A stretch of DNA of 64,000 nucleotides, taken from the NCBI GenBank assembly GCA_002633005.1, contig NMRA01000020.1, positions 1,579,589 to 1,643,588 on the forward strand. The letters are read 5' to 3'. This stretch comes from Phoronis australis (taxonomy: Eukaryota; Animalia; Phoronida). Shown here piece after piece: positions 24,067-36,200 of this stretch; position 1 is the stretch's first letter; every line of letters begins with the position of its first letter. The position numbers were made by a program, and so were the translations under genes. Below the pieces are notes generated by a model. That model saw only the letters and a program-made list of their open reading frames with translations, made no database searches and was not told the DNA's origin.

Positions 24067-24981
24067 TAAAGCTAATATTGGACAAGCTGATGACATCACA
24101 CATGGACTAAGCTGAAGACAGTCCCATACACGAGTCGAGTTGATGAACACATCTTTTGCTAACACGGGCTTTTTAGGGAACTCAAAAGGGAAGTAGGTGG
24201 ATTGTGGTGACTGTTGGCGGCCACAGACATACATCAGTGACCAATCAAATTTTTTTCTGTTCGGGATGTCAGATGGCATGAATCTACTAGTATTAGGCTG
24301 TGTATTTGTAGAATGTATTGTTTGTCAGCTGTTGCACTGGTCATAAGATGTTTGCCTTTCCATTCACATGGGGTCTGTTTCATGAAAAGTGACTTAAGAC
24401 TTACATAGGAAATTTGGTATTATGCTCCACACAAATATTTCTGGAAAATAATTAAATCTTACTTGAGGAAAATGAAAGTCTCTGAGAATCTACACATAAT
24501 AGCTAGTTACTGAGATAATTTCTATAAATTATTTTTAAACTGTCATATGTTCATAATTACTTGGCTAAAACTTTATTTAGCACCTGTGAAGTAGGAGAGT
24601 AAGACCAAACGTCCGTCTTAAGTCTTAAGTCAGTTGATGCTACCCCACATCCAAGCACGCACCCAAAATACTAACAGAAGTTTGGCAATAATCGGAAGGG
24701 CCCCGATTGTGATCCTCTGACTGAGGAGGTGAGCCTGTGTGGAGCTGGCAAACATATCCCGAGTTCATCGGCTTTTCACTTCAGATATTTCATTTTCGGC
24801 TCTTGCCTACAAGGTTTAGCAACCTTAATTCCCTTTAGTGGCTGGAAAATTCTGCAAGGTTGCATTTGGGAGTTAACATTATGCCAAGCATTGAGCCATG
24901 GATCATGTATAAAAAACATCATTACATATATTGTTAAACATTAGGAGTATACCTTTAAGATGACAGTTCAAATAATGGTCC

Positions 24982-27887
24982 TTATGTACCTCTGAACACA
25001 TTCAAAACTTTGAAATGGTTCTCAAGACTCCTTGGCTCGTCCTCAAAGTGAATGACATTATGGACACTTTTCCCAAGCTTCTTCAACTCCTTCACAAATT
25101 TAGCTTGTTCTTTACCAATCCACTTTCTCATTTCATCCCGAACCTGATATGGAGTCACGTGAGCATGGACATTTATACTAGACTTTGCCAAATATCCCAG
25201 CACATCTTTGTCCGTTACCCATGTATTTGATCCCCCACTGTGTCCACCATCCAACCAATAGATGTCAGTCACATGCAACAAGAACTCCAGCACCTCCTGT
25301 TGGCTGCTTTCAAAGGCATGCAACATATCATACAACATCTGGTTTAATACAACACATCCTTTACTGAAACCCATGAGTGACAATGTGAACTCCGTTGATT
25401 TTAAACAGGATTTTAAAGTCTCACCATTTTTACCAGCACAATAGCTATTGCCATTATTAGAACTAGAGAGGTAAGTTTGCTCCTCGTTTTGCTTCTCAGC
25501 ACAGTCAAGCGTTTCAGCAACAATGGACCGAGAATTCTGAAAAAGCTCCATTAAGTGGGAAAGTGATGTTTGACCCTTAAAATGTGTAGGGCAGCCAAAG
25601 TCATTGGACTCGACAAAGTGGCTGTAGACTGCAAATGACTTGAGGTGCATTCTACTAGGCTTGATGACCCAAATGAATGCTGTAGGGAAGTGCTGGTGAA
25701 GTAAGGAGGTCGTTGACTCCAGATTCCACTGAATGTGTTGCTCATGAGGCTTCCATGACTCCATGTTCTCCAAATAGTCCTGCAACAAGCAAACAAAACA
25801 GTTACGAAATATTTTAAAACAAGGGTTTCACAATTGAAGACAGGTCCCTGGATGTCCATTAGAGTCAGCTTAATTTAAGAATGTATCAGTTGGGATTGGC
25901 TGTACATTTAAGAAATTGTGACACCCTTGCCGCTGTCCTTACTGGAATTCGTGGTGGTCTGTAAGTTTCATTCCTGGAGGGTATCTACCCTAACTGACAT
26001 AAATGTACTGAAACCATAAAACCGACCGTTCTAAATTAATCAAATAATCAATCGCAAATATTTAAAATGTATTTGATTGTTTTGAAATTGGCTCTTAATC
26101 ATAAATATTTCAGCCAAAGAATAGGAACACAGCAACATAGAAAAATAAGAAGGCAGTCTGGTACATATCATGCTAGATGTGTGCAGGCCGCTCATGTGGG
26201 TCCAATGCACTGATCACCTGGAACCATTCTTATGCTTTATAATTAAATTCCAACTGAAGAGCTAGAGACCTGACTCAAGGGTCTAGCAATCTGCCACAGT
26301 GGGACTCATAACCATAACCTTGAGTAAAGGAAGCGAACACTTAACCCACTAAACCACACTGCTCCCTCTGAGAAAAACAAAAATGTCTAGATCTTACAAA
26401 ACAGGACCAATAGATAATTCTGACATGTTAATCAATCTATTAATTCCAGCCAGTCAAGGCATGGGGAAATGTTAACACTACAACTGCCCTCTATCTTTGC
26501 TCACTTAAATATTCATTGCAAACGACAGCAGAAAGGTGGGTTTTTCAACTAGCTTGGGACACTTCTACAGTGCAGATCAAAGATTTATGGAAAAAGAATG
26601 AAGTGTCTGGGGTGGATGTAAAAGCACGATCAGCTGAAAATATGCCCAAGAATCAGAATAAACCAAAGTCCAACTGAAATCAAATTCCAATGCGAAAAAA
26701 TTGAGCAGCTGTCTTAGATAGCATGACCCGCTGTCATCAACCAGACCACCAGTGATCAACAACAAATTGCTCAGTCTAACACCACTAGTATTGAATGAAG
26801 ACACCTTTCCACATCAGTTATGCTACAGATTAACTTACTAGCACATATAATCTTTGCAGCAAACTTTAAGTGTGTAAAACCGAGTGACACAGAACCACAA
26901 CACTTCTAGAACTGGAAATAGTTTATCTCGTTCAACCCGCCATCTTTTTGGTCGGAGGTAGAAATCTTTTCGTACTAATATTCATTAGGTCATGTGATGT
27001 GACCAAAAAGACGGCGTGTTAAACGGGATAAACTATTTCCAACACATTTCCATGCCTCACTGAAAAAGATATATTTATACACCTCTAGAGTTGTTTGAAT
27101 TGATTTTTCATTTGAATGAAGCTCAGTTGATGTAACCTTTGAATGGGATCTAACGTCTTGAAACCATGGATACGACATACAGTTAATTTTTCCAACAAGG
27201 CCCTCTGTGATTGAGTGGCTCCATGTCAGAAACAGTTATAGTACAATGGCATCAACAAGAAACCATTGTTGTGTGAGTAGTATGCATGCAAAGCACTTTC
27301 ACCGTACTTACCCTGAGCTTATGAGACTTCGCAGCAAAAACTATAGTAGGCGTGGGCGAACAGTATTTGTGGGAGCAATTCTAGGGCAAGTATTCACTGA
27401 TCAATCTGTATTGTCAAAGATATCGACAGATCTGATATTTGCATGTCTGTGTATGCAACTGAACGTCCCCTTCAAAATATGGTAAGGGGTGAATCAGACT
27501 GGCTTAACTCTATTTGTCGGAACCACCCATTTATCATAATCTCTACCCGTGGGCTGTGACAAAGACGGTCAAAGATGTATACTGCTTTGAACGCACCTGT
27601 ACATCCCCTCCAAAATATAAAACATGGTGAGGTGGAAGAGTCAAAGACTCTGGTAGCGGACCATGATAGACAATGTCATTTACTTGATTATTTAATCCAG
27701 GAACAGAAGACACACGCTTTGACATGGTCTCATGAGATCCTGATTGACGAGAGCAGAAATGATGACCGGTTCTAACTCCAACACCAAGTCCAAATGAAGG
27801 CCTGACAAAGCTAAAAAACAACGAACAAAGAGAAACTGTTGCGATGTTTCCAGCTTTTTGCAGCTTGTAAATCACAGATAACAGCAT
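24982..27887 (-). CDS. C2orf69: C2orf69/UPF0565 mitochondrial protein ortholog; complement(join(24982..25779,27597..27887))
   Basis: Exon 1 ends ...HHVLYFGGDVQ|gtgcgt and exon 2 starts ttgcag|DYLENM. Family motifs: WNLE, FIWVIKPSRMHL, GFSKGCVVLNQ, YWLDGGHSGGSNTWVT, HVTPYQVRDEMRKWIGKE, SLENHFKVL. The start is either ATG 27887 (possible presequence) or the downstream MSKRV ATG. Confidence 0.92.
26180..26369 (-). mobile_element. tRNA-derived SINE relic
   Basis: Minus strand reads gggagcagtgTGGTTTAGTGGgttaag (A box)...GGTTATGAGTCCc (degenerate B box), followed by a non-tRNA body. Confidence 0.5.
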
Positions 27888-27990
27888 TCACAGAGTTCTA
27901 CGTTCAGTCACTTATCACACAACAGTCCTTGTACAGGCAAAAGTTGATAAAATGCTATCCTGCAGGCAAGCAGACACAAAATCTATGGAA

Positions 27991-28193
27991 GCCGCCATTT
28001 AATATTTACGACAGTGGATCGCAGCTGTTTATCATATCGAAAGTCACTTTAAAATCAAATTCTGATTTTTAAATGCGTAAATTAAACTAAATTATATGTT
28101 TTAATTAAAATACTTTCAAAATTAGTATTTTTCTGTCAATTTTTTATTATTGTCGTAAAATGTAGCAGTAATTTACGTTAAAAAATGGCTGCC
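27991..28193. promoter_or_regulatory. Putative bidirectional promoter for C2orf69 and MMADHC
   Basis: Divergent genes. Outward-facing YY1-type motifs GCCGCCATTT (27991-28000) and AAAATGGCTGCC (28182-28193) flank an AT-rich spacer. An MMADHC 5'UTR acceptor (ttttgtag, ending 30125) implies an upstream non-coding exon. Confidence 0.5.
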
Positions 28194-28352
28194 ATGTCAG
28201 GGTGATTGTTTGAAGGTCAACAGGGACAACTTTTGGCAACGTTTAACGGTTTGTTGTTCCTATTTTTTGCCGAGAACTAAATTCACGCACCATCAACTAC
28301 TACACATAAGTCGGTTGCTATTGTTTTCTAGCTGTTTTTACGGTGAATACAT

Positions 28353-28930
28353 TTAAGGGCGCAGTTTTAGTTTTATGTCAGACTATGTCGTAGGCGCTTG
28401 AATCGTTCATACGCTGGAAACTTTTCGGGGAATCATGCATCGCACTGACTAAAAATTCAAAGTCACCTTGTTATAGATACCTTTTGTGCGTAGAGGGACA
28501 TCTTAGGAGGCCGTTGATATATGTAATTCCTTCCAACTCAAACAAATAATTCCGTTATCAAACTTTTTCTTCGAGCAGTCCCTCGTTCAGTTCAGTTACC
28601 AAATCTTTAACTGACCATTTTTAACACTGCGCACGGCAGGTGTTATGACGTCATATCCCCTGGCGTGTGCAGAGTGAAAATGGCGAGTTACCGATTTTGG
28701 AAACTGAACGAAGGGCTGGTTGAAGAAAAAGTTTGTTAACGGGAGTATTTGTTCAAGTTGAAAGGAATTAAATATACCGACAGCCTCCTAAGCCTAAGGT
28801 GTCCTTCTATGCGCAAAAGGTATTTATAACAACATGACTTTGATATTTTAGTCATTGCGAGGCATAATTTGCTGAAACGCTTCCGGCATATGAAGTGTCT
28901 ATATTCCTATAGGAGCTCCACTGTCTTTAA
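28353..28930. mobile_element. Long palindromic (foldback) MITE with TTAA ends, in the MMADHC first intron
   Basis: Inverted arms of about 250 bp (gttatagatacctttt...aactcaaacaaata...atcaaactttttcttcgagcag / gaagaaaaagtttgttaacgg...aaaaggtatttataacaac). Same arms occur at 53100-53340 and 53940-54200. Confidence 0.8.
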
Positions 28931-30205
28931 CTGGCACTGGTCACTGTCTAACTATGTCGATCATTCAGGACTTAGTAGTTAGTACATCTCTCACTTATTA
29001 CGTAATAAACCTAATATGAGAGCTGTGTTAATTAATACAGCGAGGTAACCACCATGCCAGGGCTACAACAGATCAAATTTGTTAACTCTACTTGGCCAGC
29101 CATAATGAAATCAGAAATTCAGAAAACAAAACCTTCTTAATATCAGTGAACAAGGTCAGTCTGTTAGTGTTAGCTGTTAACTGTAGACGATACTACCATC
29201 TGAACTTCGCCAGCAAATCTGGCGCAGATGGTGACCATCCCACAAGGCTGCCATATCACTGAATTTTGTTGACTGGACGAAGGATTATTTGAAATTTAGA
29301 CTGTGGGTTGAATGCAAGAATATTTGTTGAAGTTAGAACTGTTGGAAGGATTGAATTGAAAGACTCTGGACTGCCTCTAAAGGTGTTTGTCTACACTCAA
29401 AAGGCACATATTTTATGTCACTTTCCTAATTTAGCCATGGTTTAAGTGTAATTTCCAGAAAACCTTCCTGCACTCAGGCTGTATCAGGATGTGCCGTCAT
29501 CAACTGTTAGTGTTGCTTTTATGAAGTTAAGAGTCCTTGACTTTGGCATTCTCAGTGTTCTCCAGTTCAGAAAGTTCAAACTGTACCATAGTTAAAGTAC
29601 TATGTCACAAACCAACAATCAATAAAATTTCGCGGACTAAATGTGTAACGTCAATTATACAGCACTTTGTTGACACAAAGTGACTATCTCACCAATATCT
29701 GAAGGACCGGTTTATCAAACGACTTTCGAATTGAGGTTAACTTTTGTTGGAGATTATGTGGTAGATTAACTGATTTGCATTCACTGTAAAATACTATAGC
29801 AACCATAAATACAATGATATTATCCACCATAAGTACAGTAAAATCCCACTAATTTCAGACAAAAACAAAAAATTGCCAAAATTGCCCTTTTCTCATTTTT
29901 CAAGGTCGTCTTCCATTGTTGTGAGTGCTCAGAGGTTTTCAAAAATTTTTGTGGTGGTTGATATCATACAAAACATGGAAAACCACTTGGTGTTGCCTAT
30001 ATCTTTTATGAAAAAATGAGGTAAAAAACTTCAACTGTGGCCACATTGTGTCCTAAATTGGTGAGAACTTACCGTAATTCTCAAAGCATTTCATAGTCAG
30101 TGAATGTAGCAACATACTTTTGTAGCAAGCAAACCTGTTAACATAGAGTCAGAGGAACAGACTAACTCAGTGGACCAGTCAACTGAGAGAAGACACAAAA
30201 GAAAC

Positions 30206-33200
30206 ATGGCAAGTCGAGTGAGTACTTGAAAACACAGCTGCATTTCACCCTGTTTTGCTGGATATAAATGCGTACATTATCAAAATTGTTACGTAAATAG
30301 AATCCTATCATGGTAAAGGATATTAAGTCCTAATTCAATTGTTGATTTTTCTAGCTATAATGGTTGAAATGCAGCATTAACTGTTTGCGCACATTGAATG
30401 AGCATTTTACCAGACATGTTAAAGTCTTAGCATTTAATTTTAGGTTATTGTAGGAAAATTGAGTACTTAGCCCTCTTGATTTTCATATCGTTTCTGTTTG
30501 CTAGCGCTCTCAGATATTGTCTCCAGTGGGTAATTTGCATCTAGGTATTATCTTGGGTGGGCATGACTTGCTAACCTGCGTCATTCTGAGTAAATGAAAT
30601 AACATAACATAAGTTTTATTTGTGTATTGCCTGTTTAATATGCAACTCACTGTAGACCCAACCATCGACTTTTCATTTTTTTTAAACGCCCATATTCGAC
30701 TAGAGTTTCTTTATTCAAATGTCTTGCGGATCACACAGAGAAGTAGTGTTTATCACTGCTTGCCCACCAGTATAGCATTGTGTCATTACTCACAGTATTA
30801 CAAGTGGATGAAAACATTTCATTTCTTTGTTCTCCACGACTTTTTTTAGCATGTTTCTCCAAGCTGTTTGTGAGCACTTGCAACCTGTTTTAAAAATTAT
30901 TTCAAACTAATTCCATATTGACTTTTGCAGATTCTTGTCAACAAAAGTCGCAATGTGGCTTATATGAATGGGGGCTTCAAAACTCTCGTCAGGCAGTTTC
31001 GACAGTTCTCTTCCTACAGCGAAGGCAGGGTGACCGTTCATATTATCACTGAATCAGCAACCAACACAGGTATGGCAACAAAAACAAAACTTGTTGATTT
31101 TTTTCTCGTAAGAAATTGGTGAATTTTCAAAGCATAATTTTAGGCTAATTTTCTAATAATTTAGTGTTACTTTTTGTCTGCTTTCCTGATGGGATTTCCC
31201 ATCACTTGGACGAAATTCGTCAAGTTTTTATTGAAAACTGGGTCAAGGCTCTGCATTTCGTGTAAGTGAAAACATCTATAATGTGAACATTATAAAACTT
31301 ATAAGATTTTCTTCTCACTCGTATGAAAAAGCAAATCAGACACCAGTGCCCAGTTGCATGAAACACTTCATCATGTACAGTCCAGTTCCGCGGTTTAATT
31401 TGTGAAAACCCAACCGCCATGGGATGAGGAGTTAAAGGTATTGAAAAGAGAGAGAAATTGTGTCTGGTTTCGTAAAGTATAATAATCAGTCAAATTTTAT
31501 TAATTTCAAAGAATTGCAACAAAAATTCAAAATGACTTTTAAGTCAAACGAAAAGTTATGTAAAGATGGCCTGAGAAAAAACTCAGTTGAAAATGTTAAC
31601 AATCCCAGAACGTTTTTACAGCTAGTAAAATAATGCTCTTGGAGTATGACATCAGATACTTTTATTTCTGCAGATGAATGGTTTTGCCGCTTTCAGTCAC
31701 TCTTAAACCAAGAAAATCCATATAGTGGATGTATGCTTGGACTAGTAGAAAGAAATTTTGCACGCCATGACGAGAATTATAATGACTGTCTGGTAGATGA
31801 CCCAAATCAAGTTAACCATGATTTTAGTGAAAGTGAGATTTTTGTCGCTCTTCGAAACCTATCAAATGGTAAAGGTTACGGTGTTGACGGACTCGTTTAT
31901 GAACTTTTTAAGTCCCCCAAAGATTATATAACACCTGTTTTGACAAACATTTTTAATAGTGCTCTACAATAGGGAATTTCCTCCTGGTGTGATGCTATAA
32001 TATGTCCATTGCATAAGCAAGGGGGTGTCAATAATATAAATAAGTATCGGGGTATTTCACTTCTACTTGTTCTCGGAAAAATTTTTATGAAACTTATAAA
32101 CGCTGGTCTAACAAGTTGGGCCAAAGATAATGACTTATTTAACGAAGCTCAGGATGGTTTTAGAAAGGGTTATACCGGTAGTACAATAGACCAAATTTTT
32201 ACCTTACAAGGAATTGTTCATAGGTACTTGAGTAAGCACAGGGGCAGATTTTATGCTATGTACGTGGAGTTTTCTTGGGCCTTTGACAACATTTCACATA
32301 AATGTTTGTGGAATAGGCTACAAAAAATAGGAATTCATGGTAGTGTTTTAAAATTGATGAAAAGTATGTATTCAAAGCAGAGCGTGTGTAAGAACTGAGC
32401 GTGGGTTAACTGACTTTCGGTAATAATATTGGTACTCGCCAAGGCTGTATGGTTAGTCCTTTTTTATTCAGTATGTAGTTCGACGAGTTCGTTGATTACT
32501 TAAAAGAATCTTTAAATAGCGGAATTTACATAAATGAGAACGTACCTCAAATTTGCATGTTGTTATATGCTGATGATATGTTTGGTTGTGCAGAGACAGC
32601 TTTTAAACTACAGCAACAAATTAATGTTCTGCATGAATACTGTCAGGATTGGACATGAAAGTCAACCTTAAAAAAATAATGTTATTAAGAAAAGGCGGAC
32701 CATTGAGAAAATACAAAAAGTGGCATTTTGGAAATGCCAAAATTGATGTCATCTTATCATATATGTACCTGGGAATTTGGGTTACCCCTAAGCTACGGAA
32801 ACTTTGTCTCACCAGGCACAGAAAGCGATTTTTTTCAGTTAAACGTCTTCAGTCAAAATGTGGACGACATTCACCGAAAGTTGCACTCAAGATTTTTGAT
32901 AAAATGGTATTTCGGGCAAACATTAGCTATGGCAGTGAGAGTGCATGCAATTGTAAGCACCTGCTGGGAGGTGGAAGTAACTGTTCAAATCATGTTGTCC
33001 TGGGAGAACTGGGAAGGTATCCAATTTATGTATAGCTGTTTGTTAAACTGATCAAGTATTGGTTTAAATTGTTAAAAATGCCAGCACATCGAAATCCAAA
33101 TTCTGTCTATGACAAGCTTGTCACATTGGATGAGGCTGAATAGGAAAATTGGTCTTCAACTGTTAGGAATTTGCTGCTCCGAGCAAAACTATGGTTTTGG

Positions 33201-36200
33201 ATTGGTATGGCACAATCAGGGAGTTGGCTGCGAAACATCTTTTCTTGTCATTTTCAGCAGCGAATTAAAGATTGTTTTTATTACAAGATTGGAGCTTTGT
33301 TGTGGAGAATAGCTCAAATCTTAATACATATTCCTCATTTAAAATTGATTTTGAAATGGAATCCTTTCTGTTGCGTGATATTCCACATATCTTTTTAGCA
33401 GCTATGGCTAAATTACATTGCTCCAATCATAACTTGATGGTGGAGAAAGGTAGACATGCTCTTGTGGACCAAAAATACCATGTGTGTTGGTTCTGTGTGT
33501 CCCTAATTGAAGATATCATTTCATATGTGTCTGTAAAAAGTACTGTTCTCTGAGAACTGCATCTATACCTGTGTGGTGCTGGCGAAATCCAAGTAAACAT
33601 AAATTTGTAAAGCTAATAAAAATGTCGGAGCCTATTGCTCAGATTAATCTAAGGAAATTTGTGCTTCACGCCACTGCCCTCAGGGAAAAGTTGCTCGGTG
33701 TTATCCTGTAAATATTATGTAACATGTGGGCTAAGGCCTTAAATTTTGAAAATAAACTAAACTAAAATGTGAAATTAGTGAGTTAACAAAGTCTAAAAAT
33801 ACACTGTAAATTTAGAGAACTTAGTTGACTCCTTATTGGGATTGTTTGATGCAACCGGGCACTGGTCACTCAGTCACATGCAGTATGTCTTGAATATGTC
33901 CGTATTATAAAAGAAAATGATTTTAGCACCAAACAGATCACTTGCTACATTGTCGTGTAAAATCAGATAAAAAAGCCATCAATTTAAATTGAGTTGACCA
34001 GCCCTTCCAAAATTGAATCAATCACAAGTAACCTCTTGATTTGTTTTGATGGTAGACATTTTTAGTCCATACGTAGAGAGGACACCATTTTAAGCAAAGT
34101 GGAGTTATCACTCTAATGTTTTTCACGCGATTGAAAAACTTTGCTAAATTTGTGTTGAAAGATATTGGCTCTTGAAACAAGTGGATATGTTGTAAAATGG
34201 TCAATAATATAGAAAAGTGTTTTTCATCAAGAGACACTTTTTTGCCTTGGTATTTTGTAAATAATCATTTCTGTAACATTGTAAGTTATATTGAGTGCTA
34301 CATTTGCTGGTCTGAAATGTCCAACTTCAGAATAAATACAATGAGAGTAAAGCAGTTTATTAAAGTACAAATTACCAGGTCAGTGCAAATAAAATAGGAC
34401 TTCACTACCTGACTTACTAATTCTTATCACTGTTAAGTCCAGTCGCCGTTCTAAAATCCAGTCTTTCATCCTTTATTTGCAATGGGCGCTCAAATGCCCC
34501 CAGTTAGCTAGAAAGGTCAAACTGGTGTTTCACATCTCAAGCAGTGTATTCAAGGAGCGATCTGTGGAATCTCCCTCTGGTCACATAGTTTTGACATCGG
34601 CATTATGGCCAGTAATCATTCCAAATTTCTCCAAACATGTTTCCTAGCATGCGGAAAATTAAAAAGGTTTATTAAAACGGTGAGAGCTCTTAATTTATAT
34701 TTGTTCAATTTTACTTGCTCAACTTGTTACATTGACATGGCAGACTCAGGTTGATTCTGTAGACGCCGGTACATCTGGGTTAAATGAACACAGAGCTGCT
34801 TGGCCCAGCACCAACACTCACTCCAGTTAATTGTCGTTATCTTTATTGTCATCACTGTCATCTCACAAGCACCACTGAGTACTCATTATAACCCTAGAGA
34901 ACAGTAGTTATTATCTTGCATTATTTCACGTCTCAATTCTTGTGAGGATGGCTAAACTAATTAATCAAAACTTCTGACACTTGCCATTGATTGAAAAGGG
35001 TTATCCCAAGCTGAAAGGCATAATTCTCTAAACAGTACTAAATATATCGTTAAGCATGGAAAAATACTTGATGGGTATTGACCATTTCAGCAAGTATTAT
35101 ATTACCAATTGACAGCTGTACGTCTGTGTTAACATTTGGAAGTCCAAAGCAGCACTGAACATAAATGTTTGTTTGCTATGATTATATGATTTCAACTTCA
35201 GATTCTTCCACTGTGTGGCCAGATGCCAAATGGGGCCCACTGGGGGTCAAAGACCGACGATTTCCCCTTCCTGGCAATGTAGGCACAAATCTGCTGATGT
35301 GTGAAACAGAGCCAGTTCACCAGCAGCCCCACAGAGAACCAGATCTGTTGGCAGAGGAACTACCACATGAGCGTCAGATTAACGTTTTATCGCAGTTTAA
35401 TAACCTAGTTAAAGTAAGAGAATTGTTCAAGAGTTGTTCTTTCTTTGATATGTGTACAATGGTTTTCAAATAGTAATAGACTGGGTCTTCTTTTAAATTC
35501 AGTTATCTCCTAGGGGTCTAATCTTTTTACTCGAAATCAAACTGAAAATATTCTTTGACATTTTCCACTCTATATGAATTCAAGATAAGTGTCTATTCTT
35601 CTCTACTTGAGTACATTATGGTTTATGTGGATGAATGACTTATCCTTATTTGGAAATCTGCATAAAAGTTATGAGTTTGAGTTTGAATTTTTAAGTTTTC
35701 ATTTGAAATCTCGCAATTGACATATTGAAAGCTCTGCCCCCTTGCGAAAAGTCGACAGACAAACAATAAGTATTACCCGGCAACGTGCTGTTTGTCAGTA
35801 AAATGGTGGCTTGGAAACGAAGGTGTGTCAACAATGCTGCGTTCAGTTAAGCCATCACTCAAAATCCTGGCGATAGGTCAATTTTTATGGTTATAGCTTA
35901 AATCAAGATGTTTCCAGGTGTGAACATGAACTAGCAACTCATCTGTGTAAACCATAATGTACTTTGAGTTACCGTTATTGGATGTACACTTGGCCTCTAC
36001 CAAGCTCCTTGTTCGATGAAATTCAGCTAAAATATTTTCATTAAAGTGAGGATTCACCTGCCAATTTTTAAAGAGTTTGCTTTACGCCCTTTAGAGGCTA
36101 TTCTTGCTTCATCAAAGTACTGAGCATTTCAATCATATGTGCTATGTGTGATGCACATGGTGGCCACATATCAATGCTCTGCGTTGCTCTTGCCTAAACC

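Noticed and set aside
26290-26369. tRNA-like A/B boxes
   Set aside because: No cloverleaf or acceptor stem and a degenerate B box; treated as a SINE head.
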